DNA of 64,000 nt from Candidatus Hydrogenedentota bacterium (GTDB taxonomy: Bacteria; Hydrogenedentota; Hydrogenedentia; Hydrogenedentales; SLHB01), in NCBI GenBank assembly GCA_045863335.1, contig BTVY01000011.1:61627-125626 (forward strand). The letters run 5' to 3'. A model generated the notes under the pieces. That model had not been told where the DNA came from. It saw only the letters and a program-made list of their open reading frames with translations, and made no database searches. This document shows positions 1 through 8,706 of this stretch, one piece after another (the stretch's first letter is position 1; each line of letters begins with the position of its first letter). The position numbers and the translations under genes are program-made.

Positions 1-1
1 C

Positions 2-394
2 AACGTTGCCGAGGTTTATGCGAAACAGGAGAACTTCGGCGGCGAGGTCGATATCAATTCGACCCTCTCCATGAAGTTCCGGAATGGCGCGCTCGGCAGC
101 ATGTCGATCATCGGCAACGCCCCCGCCTGGTATGAAGACCACACCATCATCGGCAGCAAAGGCGCGCTATACTTACGGCAGGGAATCGGGCTGATCCACC
201 AGGATGAAATGGGTAAACCGGTTCGCGTGAAATTGCCGAAATATACGAAAGACCCTGATTTAAATTTCATCGATGTCATACGGGGCAAAGACGTTCCGCA
301 AGCGCCGGCCGAGTGCGGCCTGCGGACCATCGAAGTCACCGAGGCGGCCTGGCGGTCGGCCACTTCTGGAAAAGCGGTGCCCGCGCCGAAATAG
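2..394 (+). CDS. Gfo/Idh/MocA family oxidoreductase, C-terminal part (5' truncated by window)
   Basis: Frame open from base 2 to TAG at 392-394; C-terminal pattern VDINSTLSMKFRNGALG...IIGSKGALY...NFIDVIRG...GLRTIEVTEAAWRSA is typical of the family. Confidence 0.75.
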   Translation, partial: NVAEVYAKQENFGGEVDINSTLSMKFRNGALGSMSIIGNAPAWYEDHTIIGSKGALYLRQGIGLIHQDEMGKPVRVKLPKYTKDPDLNFIDVIRGKDVPQAPAECGLRTIEVTEAAWRSATSGKAVPAPK

Positions 395-463
395 CGGCTG
401 CGTTCGCGATGTTCTGAGACACGGGGCTGACATGCATTTCCATACTCCGGGAGAAACGTCATC

Positions 464-2509
464 GTGACCTTTGCGCTGATCGCCGGCGCCGTGTATATGG
501 CTTCCCTGTCCGGCGCCGAATCGTACCTCGAAGCCCGCGAGGCCGAGATGCAGGGCCGGTACGCCGATGCCGTCCGCCACTACGACGCCGTAACCGGGGA
601 AGATGGATTGTTGCGGTCCTACGCGCTGGTGCGCAGGGCGCGCTGCATCGGCCTGGCCGGAGACGATGCAAAAGCCATCGCCCAGCTCGAACTCTTAGCC
701 ACCGACGACACCCTGGGCGCCGCCCAACGCCTGGCCCTTGAAGAACTCGCCATGCGCTATGACCGGATCGGGCGCCCGGGCGACGCCGCCACGCTGTTGA
801 GAAAGGCGCTGGATGTGCCCGTGTCCGCGCGATACCTGTGGCCCTACCGAATCGCGCTCGTCGACCTGTTGACGAAGACCGACGCGGGAAAAGCGGAAGG
901 CTACACCCTGTGCGCGACGCTCCTCGCCGAGTCGTGGACCCGCACCCGCCGCCTCGAGGCCGCCGAACGCCTCAGGAATTCGCCCGATCTCCAGCATGTG
1001 CTCGATGCCGCCGACGCGTACCTGTACAGCGGCGAGGACCGCGATGCGCAGAACGTCCTGCTCGCCGCGGCGCCGAGGTTGTTACTTGCCGGCAGCGCCC
1101 ACCGGCCCCAGAGCCTTTACCTTCAAGGCCGGCTCCAACTGGGAGGGAAGGATGGCAGCGGTCGGATCATCCTCCGTGAGGTTGCCGAGAACTATCCCGA
1201 ATCGACGTGGGCGGCCGCGGCCTTGCACTACCTGGGTCGGGATTTGTATGGCGCCGGCCAGCACGACGCAGCCAAATCGGCCTTCGACCGGCTCGCCGAA
1301 CACTATCCCGGCAGCGACGACACGGCGCGCGCCCTTTGGTGGTACGGCGAAAAGCTGGCGTCTTCGGGTTCGGAAATGGCGGCCGTGGCCGTCTACCAAC
1401 AGCTCGCGCGGGCCTGTCCCGAGCATCGGCTCGCCGACGACGCCTGGATCGAGTCCGGGCGGCTCCTGCGAGGCCAGAAAAAGCCGGCGGAGGCGATCGA
1501 GGCCTACCAGGCGCTCGCCACGCACCATCCCAACAGCGCGATGGCGGCGGAGGCCCTGTTTGAAAGCGGGCGCCTTAAAGAATCCGGGGGCGATACGGAA
1601 GGCGCGGTCGCGGACTACGGCAAGGCCGCCCGGCTGGTCGGCCAGTTCTACGCCCATCGCGCGGTAGAGCGCCTTCATGAACTCGGCAAAGTCGCGGCCC
1701 CCGACCTGAAGGCCGCCGGAACCGCTTCCTTCGTCCGGCCCGTACCCCTGGGGTTGTTACCGGAGACCGAGTTCCCGCAATCGATCCTCCAAAGCGCCTG
1801 GTATCAGCGGCTGACTTTCTTTGCTAGTCACGGGTTGGAAGAGGCCGAGTGGGAGGCCCTGCACCTGGTCCCCGCCATCCTGGCCGCGGACGACGCCGGC
1901 GTGTACTACCGCGTCTTGTCCGACGCGGGGTTGACGGCCATGGCCGCCGAGTTTGCCGAGGCGACGGGTTGGGGGCTGAAAGACGGGGCGCCGACCCTGG
2001 AGCGGTTGCGCGTGCTTTACCCCCGCGCCTACTGGGGCGACGTCCAACGCATGGCAAGAGAAACAGGCCTCGATCCGTATCTGATTCTCGCCGTGGGAAG
2101 GCAGGAGAGCATCTTCCAATCCCGCGTGGTATCGTCCGCGGGCGCGACCGGCGTGATGCAGCTCATGCCCGCGACGGCCAAATGGCTTGCAAGTATCGAG
2201 CCTGCAGTTAGTAACGACCACGTGGACAACCTGACCCACCCCGAGAACTCGCTGCGGCTGGGCGCCTACTACCTCATCCGCATGGTGGAGCGCAACGACT
2301 CGAATCTGGTATTTGCGTTGGCCTCCTACAACGCGGGTCCGGGGAACGTGTCGAAATGGAAACGGCAGATTCCTACGAGTGATATGGAAGCCTTCGTGGA
2401 GGCTATTCCGTTCACCGAAACCCGGGGTTTTGTCAAGAAAGTCCTGGGCAACTACGCGGCCTATCACTCCATCTATCCCGAGCCCAGCCGCGTGGCGTTG
2501 GCCCAATAG
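464..2509 (+). CDS. TPR-repeat soluble lytic transglycosylase (SLT domain)
   Basis: Hydrophobic N-terminus; TPR/BamD-like repeats (YPES, YPGS, HPNS motifs); C-terminal SLT motifs RQES (catalytic Glu), GVMQLMP, ASYNAG, ETRGFVKKV. Confidence 0.9.
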   Translation: MTFALIAGAVYMASLSGAESYLEAREAEMQGRYADAVRHYDAVTGEDGLLRSYALVRRARCIGLAGDDAKAIAQLELLATDDTLGAAQRLALEELAMRYDRIGRPGDAATLLRKALDVPVSARYLWPYRIALVDLLTKTDAGKAEGYTLCATLLAESWTRTRRLEAAERLRNSPDLQHVLDAADAYLYSGEDRDAQNVLLAAAPRLLLAGSAHRPQSLYLQGRLQLGGKDGSGRIILREVAENYPESTWAAAALHYLGRDLYGAGQHDAAKSAFDRLAEHYPGSDDTARALWWYGEKLASSGSEMAAVAVYQQLARACPEHRLADDAWIESGRLLRGQKKPAEAIEAYQALATHHPNSAMAAEALFESGRLKESGGDTEGAVADYGKAARLVGQFYAHRAVERLHELGKVAAPDLKAAGTASFVRPVPLGLLPETEFPQSILQSAWYQRLTFFASHGLEEAEWEALHLVPAILAADDAGVYYRVLSDAGLTAMAAEFAEATGWGLKDGAPTLERLRVLYPRAYWGDVQRMARETGLDPYLILAVGRQESIFQSRVVSSAGATGVMQLMPATAKWLASIEPAVSNDHVDNLTHPENSLRLGAYYLIRMVERNDSNLVFALASYNAGPGNVSKWKRQIPTSDMEAFVEAIPFTETRGFVKKVLGNYAAYHSIYPEPSRVALAQ

Positions 2510-2687
2510 CCCCCGATGCACAGGTATTTGGGGAATCCCTACAGAAAAGCCGGTCCATAACCGATAAGAGGATAGGCCGTTCGGGTCCGGTAAATTGTTT
2601 GCAAAATTTAGGAATAGTGCATCCCTGTGAAATGCGGGATAGATGCTTAACCTTCTGCGGTCGTGGGAATTGCGCAATCCTTGTTTG

Positions 2688-2718
2688 TTGACACAAATCC
2701 CGTTGTGTGCTATACATT
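2688..2718 (+). promoter_or_regulatory. Putative sigma70 promoter for the 2982 gene
   Basis: TTGACA at 2688-2693, 17 bp spacer, TG-c-TATACA at 2708-2716 (alternatively TACATT at 2713-2718), in an AT-richer intergenic stretch. Confidence 0.55.
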
Positions 2719-2981
2719 GTGTGACATCTTCCGGGCCGCGCGGTACCAGTAGAGGCGCTGCCTTCTGTGGTTATTGAGGGTCCAAGGGGGCCAAGGCGCA
2801 GAAACGAACAGCAAGGTCTAGTGTGTCTTGGTGCTCTTTTGAAAGAGGTAGGAACAGCACGGTTCGCGGCGGTGCGGGGTTGTCGCGGGCTCTTGCCGAA
2901 AACTATGAGCAAAACGTATTCTCAGGCTCCTGACGAAACAACGTGCAGGGGCCGTTTTGCTTTTCGGTGGAGGAAACACAA

Positions 2982-5900
2982 GTGAAGAACTCAAGCGCCG
3001 GATTCCGAATTGTCACGTTTGCGGCCGCGGTCATGCTATTGGCCGTCTTCGTCCCCACCGCAACCGCCCAGAACGTCAACGTTGCCGTAACGAAAGACAG
3101 TACGGAGCCGCAATACATCCCCGGGTCCCTGATTACGTACACCATTGTCGTCTCGAACGCCGGGCCGGATGCCGCGAACGGCGTTGCGATCATGGACCAA
3201 TTCCCCAATGAAGTTTTCGTTTTCAATATCGACGTCACCTTAGCGGGTGGAGCGGTGCGAACTCAGATTAATGGGGATTTGACCCAGATCGACGACGTCG
3301 CCGACATGCCCGCGGGAAGTTCGATCACGTATACCGTTGAAGGCCAGGTTGGAAACGAAGGGGTTACTTTTAACGTTGATGACCTGTTGCCGGATACAGC
3401 GGCCCTGCTCCCCCTCAACGATTGGGCCCCTCTGTTTATCTTCACCATGGAAGCAGGGGAAGCTCCCGAGGAAGGGACGCCCATCGAGAATACGGTCGAC
3501 GTCACGCCCCCGCAAGGTTCAACCGATGCCAGCGCGAACGACGACAGCAGCACCGAAACCGACCTTATTCCAGCGACTGGCGAAGAACGTGAATTGGAGT
3601 CGTTGGTATTTCGAATCAAACCGGACCCCATCCCTGCGTCGGACCGCAGTTACAATACCAGTGGCTTGATTCAGCCCAGCGACATTCTCGAATACGCGGT
3701 CTTTGTCGACGGAAATGTCGATCCTGACGATCGCGGCACCTTCGACAGCGAGGACTTCCTCGTGGTCGGACGGTCCGGCACGGCCTATGCCGGGCTGCCG
3801 CTCATTTTCGACGTGGACGGCATCCACACGGGAACCGGCCTTCCTTTGGACAACGACGGGCCGGGGAATCTCCAATACGATATGGATTTCAGCGACTTCG
3901 AGATTAACGTGTCGTCCTCGGAAGACCCGATCAACTACATTCTCGTGGTTCGGACCACGGCGACTTGGCGCAATCTTCTCACGCTGGCCTACGACGTCAC
4001 CGACGCCCTGATGGTCCTGCCGAACGGCCTTCCGCCCGCCGGCAGTGATGGCAACCCTGACACCTACAATCCGCTGGACGAAGATCCGCTGGATCCCGAA
4101 ACAGCCTATTCATCGGCCTTCAGCGTGTGGGATCGCACCAGCGGCCCAGGCACCAATGCTGCCAATGATCCCGAGTTTGCGAACGCGTGGGCGCACCCGC
4201 GCCGGATGTACACGCCCCTTGCCGAGTACCGCCGTCCGCGTTTCGACGCCATCGGTACGGCCTTCGACCTCGTTACGGGCGAGTTCCTGGAACTCCGTCA
4301 ACTAATGCCCTTGGATAACTGGACCGTGCTCATGGGCATCGATTTGCACGGCGTGGCGGACCGGTTCGGCCCCGCAATATTGAAGGAGGTCAATGTAATC
4401 CTGACGGACATCGGGGCGAACCCCGTCGCACCGGCCGGCAACGGCGGCTTCAATCCGACTAACGGGTTGGAGACGTTAACCAGTGCTGTCGACAGTTTGG
4501 GCGGCGGCAATTTCGATCCGGATACTTCGATTCGCCGGGACTTCGGTTTCAATGGTCTGTGGGTATTTGCGGATACGAACGGAAATGCCGTGTTCGATGC
4601 GCCAACGCCCCTAGCCGGTGGCGGGGTTCAGTATAACGGCGACTATCCCATGTGGCCGGAATTCTACTACTTTAATGACTCGGGGTCGCCGGACGATCAG
4701 AACAATGGACTTCCCCGGTGGGAATATCTGGCTAATCCTCCCGGAGGCGGCGATCCCTGGTGGAAACTACGCATGCGGTTCGATATTGACGGCCGGAGGC
4801 GAGACCTGGCCGCGACACCGGCTGACGAGAACGACGCCGGCTGGTTGGCCCCGACCCCTGACGGCAACAGGAGCAGTTTCTTTACCGGGTTTTACAGTGA
4901 CTACTTCGTTGTCGTGCGGCCCGATAGTGGTTACGCGGACCAGCAGGCCTTGGGCGGCGACGGCGTCGGCATGACGATTGGCGCCGACTTCCGGGCCTTC
5001 ATCGAGCCGCGGCGGTTCAATCCCAACTCTGCCTTTGGCGGAGCCCCGGGCGGACAGTGGGACGGCGGGATATTTGTGTCATCCCAAATTCCGAGTGACA
5101 GCTCTATTCGTGAAGGCAACTATCAGACTACCGCATGGCAGGAAGACCCGCGCTGGGGCGTGTCGGAGCCGTGGTGGCCGCAGAGGACCTTGAACGAGAC
5201 CAACGCCAAGCCGGTCCGTACGGGCGCCGAAATCCATGACCTTGTCATCACGTACGAAACCAATAACCTGTACAGCCAAATCACCAATGTCAACTATGCA
5301 TCTGGACTCCTCCCCGAGGGTGGCGGAGTCGGCGGGTCAATCACGAATTTCGATCTCTGGCTTGACCCCTTCGGCTTGCGGGCGTCCACTTTCCAGAATT
5401 TCCATTCGGTCGGCGTAGGTGCGTGGCGGAACTTCATCAACGGCAACCCATCCGCCGATGACCACATTTTCAACGTGGTTCATTACCCTTACGAAACAGT
5501 GCCATTCTTCCTGGCAGAACACGATTTGCCGCCCTTCGGGCCGCGGTCGGCGTTCCTGCCGATCCCCGCGACGGCGACAACGTTGCCGGACTACTTCACG
5601 TGGCCGGCCTCGCTTCAGCCGGGCGAATATCCGAGGGAATCCCAATGGCCCTTGGCGCAGCGGGCATCACGGTATCTGAAGCAGCACATTGAACCCCAGA
5701 GCACGGCCACGGCCATGCTCGGGATTAACCTCGTGGGTGCGGACGATCCGACTGTCAACGCGATTCAGCAGATCAAACTCCAGCAGATTACGGTGGCATT
5801 CTGGGGTCCCAACTTCGATCCCGCCGTCGATCTGCTTGCGCTCGATCCCTTGGGGACATCGTCCACGTCGGGCGTCATGCTCGTGGAAGATATCTCCGGA

Positions 5901-8597
5901 GATGGCGTATTTGGAGCACAGATCACGCCCGTCGACGCCTTGAACATCGACGCGCCCGTTCAACTGACCAACCTGGCCTGGCGCACCGCTCCGGAACTGG
6001 TTGACTTGACCGGAGACGGCGTAGCCGACGACCTGAGCGGCGACGGCGTGGTAACCGATTTCGACAAGGCTTGGGTGCTTCGCATGCGGCCTGTCTCGCC
6101 GTGGCCTTTGCCCGTGCGCGACGCGCCGGGAGGGAACTTCCCCGGAACCACGGACACTGGAGGCGGTGGCACCGGCGGCGGTGGCGGCGGTGGTGACGAT
6201 GATGACGACGATGAAGAATTCCTTAAGAGTAATTTGGCTGCCGATCCCGGCAAGGGCTATTGGGCCAAAGAGCCGGTTACCTTGACGGAATCCGAAGCCT
6301 TGTCGGCGCTGGCGTCAGAAATGGCCGTATCCACCAAAGCGACCAAGGCGATCGGACCGGAAGGCAATCCGGGTGACGACCTGTTCCTTGTGGTCCGGAC
6401 ATCGGATAAGATCTCGCGCTTCGAGCAGTTCCGCGCGGTCGTGCCATCTACGTTGCCGGAACGTACGCTGCCCACAGACCGGGTGGCGGGAATCCAGCTC
6501 GAACCTCAGACGCCGATCAGTCAGAGCATCTACCAGAAGTCGCAGCCGGAAGAAAACGCGGTTCAACCGTACTACGGTCCGGCCCTTCCGACCTATGCCC
6601 CCGCCACGCCATGGCTGAGTTACGATTTCGGCTACGACATGATCGAAGCCAACATCGCCACCAAGCTGGTCGACCTGACCGGAACGGGCCAGATCATTTC
6701 CAAGAACAGCGGCGACGTGGCCGTATTGGGCATTGACCTAAGCACAAACCGTGGCACGTCCGTAGGCACGGTGGCCTCCGGATCCACGGGGGTCGGTTCT
6801 CCGGCGGAATTCACCGTGGCCGGCGCAGGGTGGACGCCCGGCGCGTTTACCGGCTACTTCCTCGTCGACAAGAACTACCAGTCCTTCCGGATTACGGGGA
6901 ACAACGCCAACCGGCTGTTCCTTCAGGCGAGTGCGAATGCCGCCGGCACGCCCGCATCGGGCGCGTGGCGCGTCGTGCGCGATCCGAGTTTCCTGGAACA
7001 GGTCATCATCGAGTTCTACGACGTCGGCCGGGATGGTGCCTTCAATATCCTCGATGACCTTCTTCCGTTGGACATCAATCCGAACCTGAGCGGCGTCAAA
7101 CTCTACCGCGACAACGACAACGACCCCGCGAACGAGAACGGCGTATTCGACAGCGCGGACATCCCCGTCCCGCTTGATTACGCGCCGTTCCAAATCGGTC
7201 AGGCGGGCGAACCCAGCACGCAGGTGATGATGGTCTTCTCCTCGCCGGGTACGGACAACATCCCGGTGGCCATCGCGAACCAGAAACGCCATCGCCAATG
7301 GATCTACGATACCTTTGGCACCGCGTCGTCTGATCCGGCCGCGGGCTCCGACTTCTTCGTGGTAATCAGCACTTCCGACGGTCTCCAGGTCGGCGACGAC
7401 TTCCGCGTCGGTCTGGTGTCCTGGGGTCCCAATACCCCGACGGAACCCGATCCCGACACCTTCCCGCCGCCTCCGGCGAGCCGGGTCGGCGAGTTCGACG
7501 TGTTCAGCGAATTCCCGTGGGGCGCGCGCGCGCTCGGGTTCATCACCTTCTTCACGGATCAGCCGTACTACAAGCAATTTCCGGAAGAAGACAATTCGGG
7601 ATTCGACTGGGTGCGTTCGACGGCAAACCGCAACACCCAGACGCGCACGATAACGGGTGCGGAAGACGTGGTGCAGGGTGACGATGTCGCCATTACCAAC
7701 GTCTTGCCGAGCCAGTTGCCGAAGGTTGTCGGCGGTGGCGGACTGACCTTGTCCATCACGGGACAGAACTTCGGTACTTCCCCGATTGTCACGCTGGATG
7801 GCGTCGCGTTGACGGTGGTGTCGGCGACGAATACCCAGATTCTCGCGACGATCCCGGGTGGCATCACGCTGGATTCGGACAACAACAATGTGGTCACGCT
7901 GAAGGTTACGAACTCGACCTCCGGTCAGTTCGATACCTACAACGGCTTCACCGTTGTTCCCGGCAGCGGCGGCAACGCCCCGACCATTACTTCGATTAAC
8001 CCGAGTTCCGGCGGGCAAACGGCTTTCCCCGTGACGATCACCGGCACCAACTTCGACGATCCCAAGGTGTTCTTCGGCGGCACCGTCATGCCGATCAACT
8101 CGTGGACGCCGACCAGTATCGTGGTCGGGTTCCCGGTTGGCGGGCTTCCGGTCACGGGACCGCTCGACGTTACCGTCCAGAATCAGGGAACCGGCCTGTT
8201 CGCTGTAGCGCCGGATGGGTTCAACTACATCAACAACCCCGGCGGTGGCGGCGGCGGCGGCGGTTTCCAGGGCGGCGGTGGCTTGCCCACCTGCTTCATC
8301 GCGACCGCAGCCTACGGGTCTCCGTTGGCCGGCAAGCTGGACACCTTCCGTGAATTCCGCGACGCGGTGCTTCTCAAGACGGCCGTCGGCGCGGCGCTGG
8401 TCGACCTGTATTACACGGTCAGCCCGCCCCTAGCCGACTACATTGCGGCCCACCCGGCGATTGCTGCCGCCGTGCGGCTGGCTCTGACACCGGTGGCGTG
8501 GAGCCTCGCGTCTCCGGTACTCGCGCTTACCACCTTCCTCCTGCTGTTGGCCGGCGCCTGGACCGCCCGCCGGCGCTGGAGTGCGGTGCGCGCATAA
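2982..8597 (+). CDS. Large secreted surface protein (1871 aa): DUF11-like domain, four repeated modules, two IPT/TIG domains, Gly linker, CFI-box-CTERM
   Basis: GGAGG at 2969-2973 before GTG 2982; signal peptide ending ATA|Q; VTK...TYTIVVSNAGPDAA motif; IPT motifs (ITGQNFG, ITGTNF); CFIATAAYGS at 8292 followed by FRDAVL...YYTVSPPLAD, a TM helix and RRR. Confidence 0.85.
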   Translation: MKNSSAGFRIVTFAAAVMLLAVFVPTATAQNVNVAVTKDSTEPQYIPGSLITYTIVVSNAGPDAANGVAIMDQFPNEVFVFNIDVTLAGGAVRTQINGDLTQIDDVADMPAGSSITYTVEGQVGNEGVTFNVDDLLPDTAALLPLNDWAPLFIFTMEAGEAPEEGTPIENTVDVTPPQGSTDASANDDSSTETDLIPATGEERELESLVFRIKPDPIPASDRSYNTSGLIQPSDILEYAVFVDGNVDPDDRGTFDSEDFLVVGRSGTAYAGLPLIFDVDGIHTGTGLPLDNDGPGNLQYDMDFSDFEINVSSSEDPINYILVVRTTATWRNLLTLAYDVTDALMVLPNGLPPAGSDGNPDTYNPLDEDPLDPETAYSSAFSVWDRTSGPGTNAANDPEFANAWAHPRRMYTPLAEYRRPRFDAIGTAFDLVTGEFLELRQLMPLDNWTVLMGIDLHGVADRFGPAILKEVNVILTDIGANPVAPAGNGGFNPTNGLETLTSAVDSLGGGNFDPDTSIRRDFGFNGLWVFADTNGNAVFDAPTPLAGGGVQYNGDYPMWPEFYYFNDSGSPDDQNNGLPRWEYLANPPGGGDPWWKLRMRFDIDGRRRDLAATPADENDAGWLAPTPDGNRSSFFTGFYSDYFVVVRPDSGYADQQALGGDGVGMTIGADFRAFIEPRRFNPNSAFGGAPGGQWDGGIFVSSQIPSDSSIREGNYQTTAWQEDPRWGVSEPWWPQRTLNETNAKPVRTGAEIHDLVITYETNNLYSQITNVNYASGLLPEGGGVGGSITNFDLWLDPFGLRASTFQNFHSVGVGAWRNFINGNPSADDHIFNVVHYPYETVPFFLAEHDLPPFGPRSAFLPIPATATTLPDYFTWPASLQPGEYPRESQWPLAQRASRYLKQHIEPQSTATAMLGINLVGADDPTVNAIQQIKLQQITVAFWGPNFDPAVDLLALDPLGTSSTSGVMLVEDISGDGVFGAQITPVDALNIDAPVQLTNLAWRTAPELVDLTGDGVADDLSGDGVVTDFDKAWVLRMRPVSPWPLPVRDAPGGNFPGTTDTGGGGTGGGGGGGDDDDDDEEFLKSNLAADPGKGYWAKEPVTLTESEALSALASEMAVSTKATKAIGPEGNPGDDLFLVVRTSDKISRFEQFRAVVPSTLPERTLPTDRVAGIQLEPQTPISQSIYQKSQPEENAVQPYYGPALPTYAPATPWLSYDFGYDMIEANIATKLVDLTGTGQIISKNSGDVAVLGIDLSTNRGTSVGTVASGSTGVGSPAEFTVAGAGWTPGAFTGYFLVDKNYQSFRITGNNANRLFLQASANAAGTPASGAWRVVRDPSFLEQVIIEFYDVGRDGAFNILDDLLPLDINPNLSGVKLYRDNDNDPANENGVFDSADIPVPLDYAPFQIGQAGEPSTQVMMVFSSPGTDNIPVAIANQKRHRQWIYDTFGTASSDPAAGSDFFVVISTSDGLQVGDDFRVGLVSWGPNTPTEPDPDTFPPPPASRVGEFDVFSEFPWGARALGFITFFTDQPYYKQFPEEDNSGFDWVRSTANRNTQTRTITGAEDVVQGDDVAITNVLPSQLPKVVGGGGLTLSITGQNFGTSPIVTLDGVALTVVSATNTQILATIPGGITLDSDNNNVVTLKVTNSTSGQFDTYNGFTVVPGSGGNAPTITSINPSSGGQTAFPVTITGTNFDDPKVFFGGTVMPINSWTPTSIVVGFPVGGLPVTGPLDVTVQNQGTGLFAVAPDGFNYINNPGGGGGGGGFQGGGGLPTCFIATAAYGSPLAGKLDTFREFRDAVLLKTAVGAALVDLYYTVSPPLADYIAAHPAIAAAVRLALTPVAWSLASPVLALTTFLLLLAGAWTARRRWSAVRA

Positions 8598-8706
8598 GAA
8601 CTATCGGCGCCCTGGAGGCTTGCGAGCCTCCAGGGCAACCCGTTACAGTGATTCCCAACGGGCGCCTGTGTGGGGGCGGTCCCGGCAAGAGAAAGGACAG
8701 TACCCG

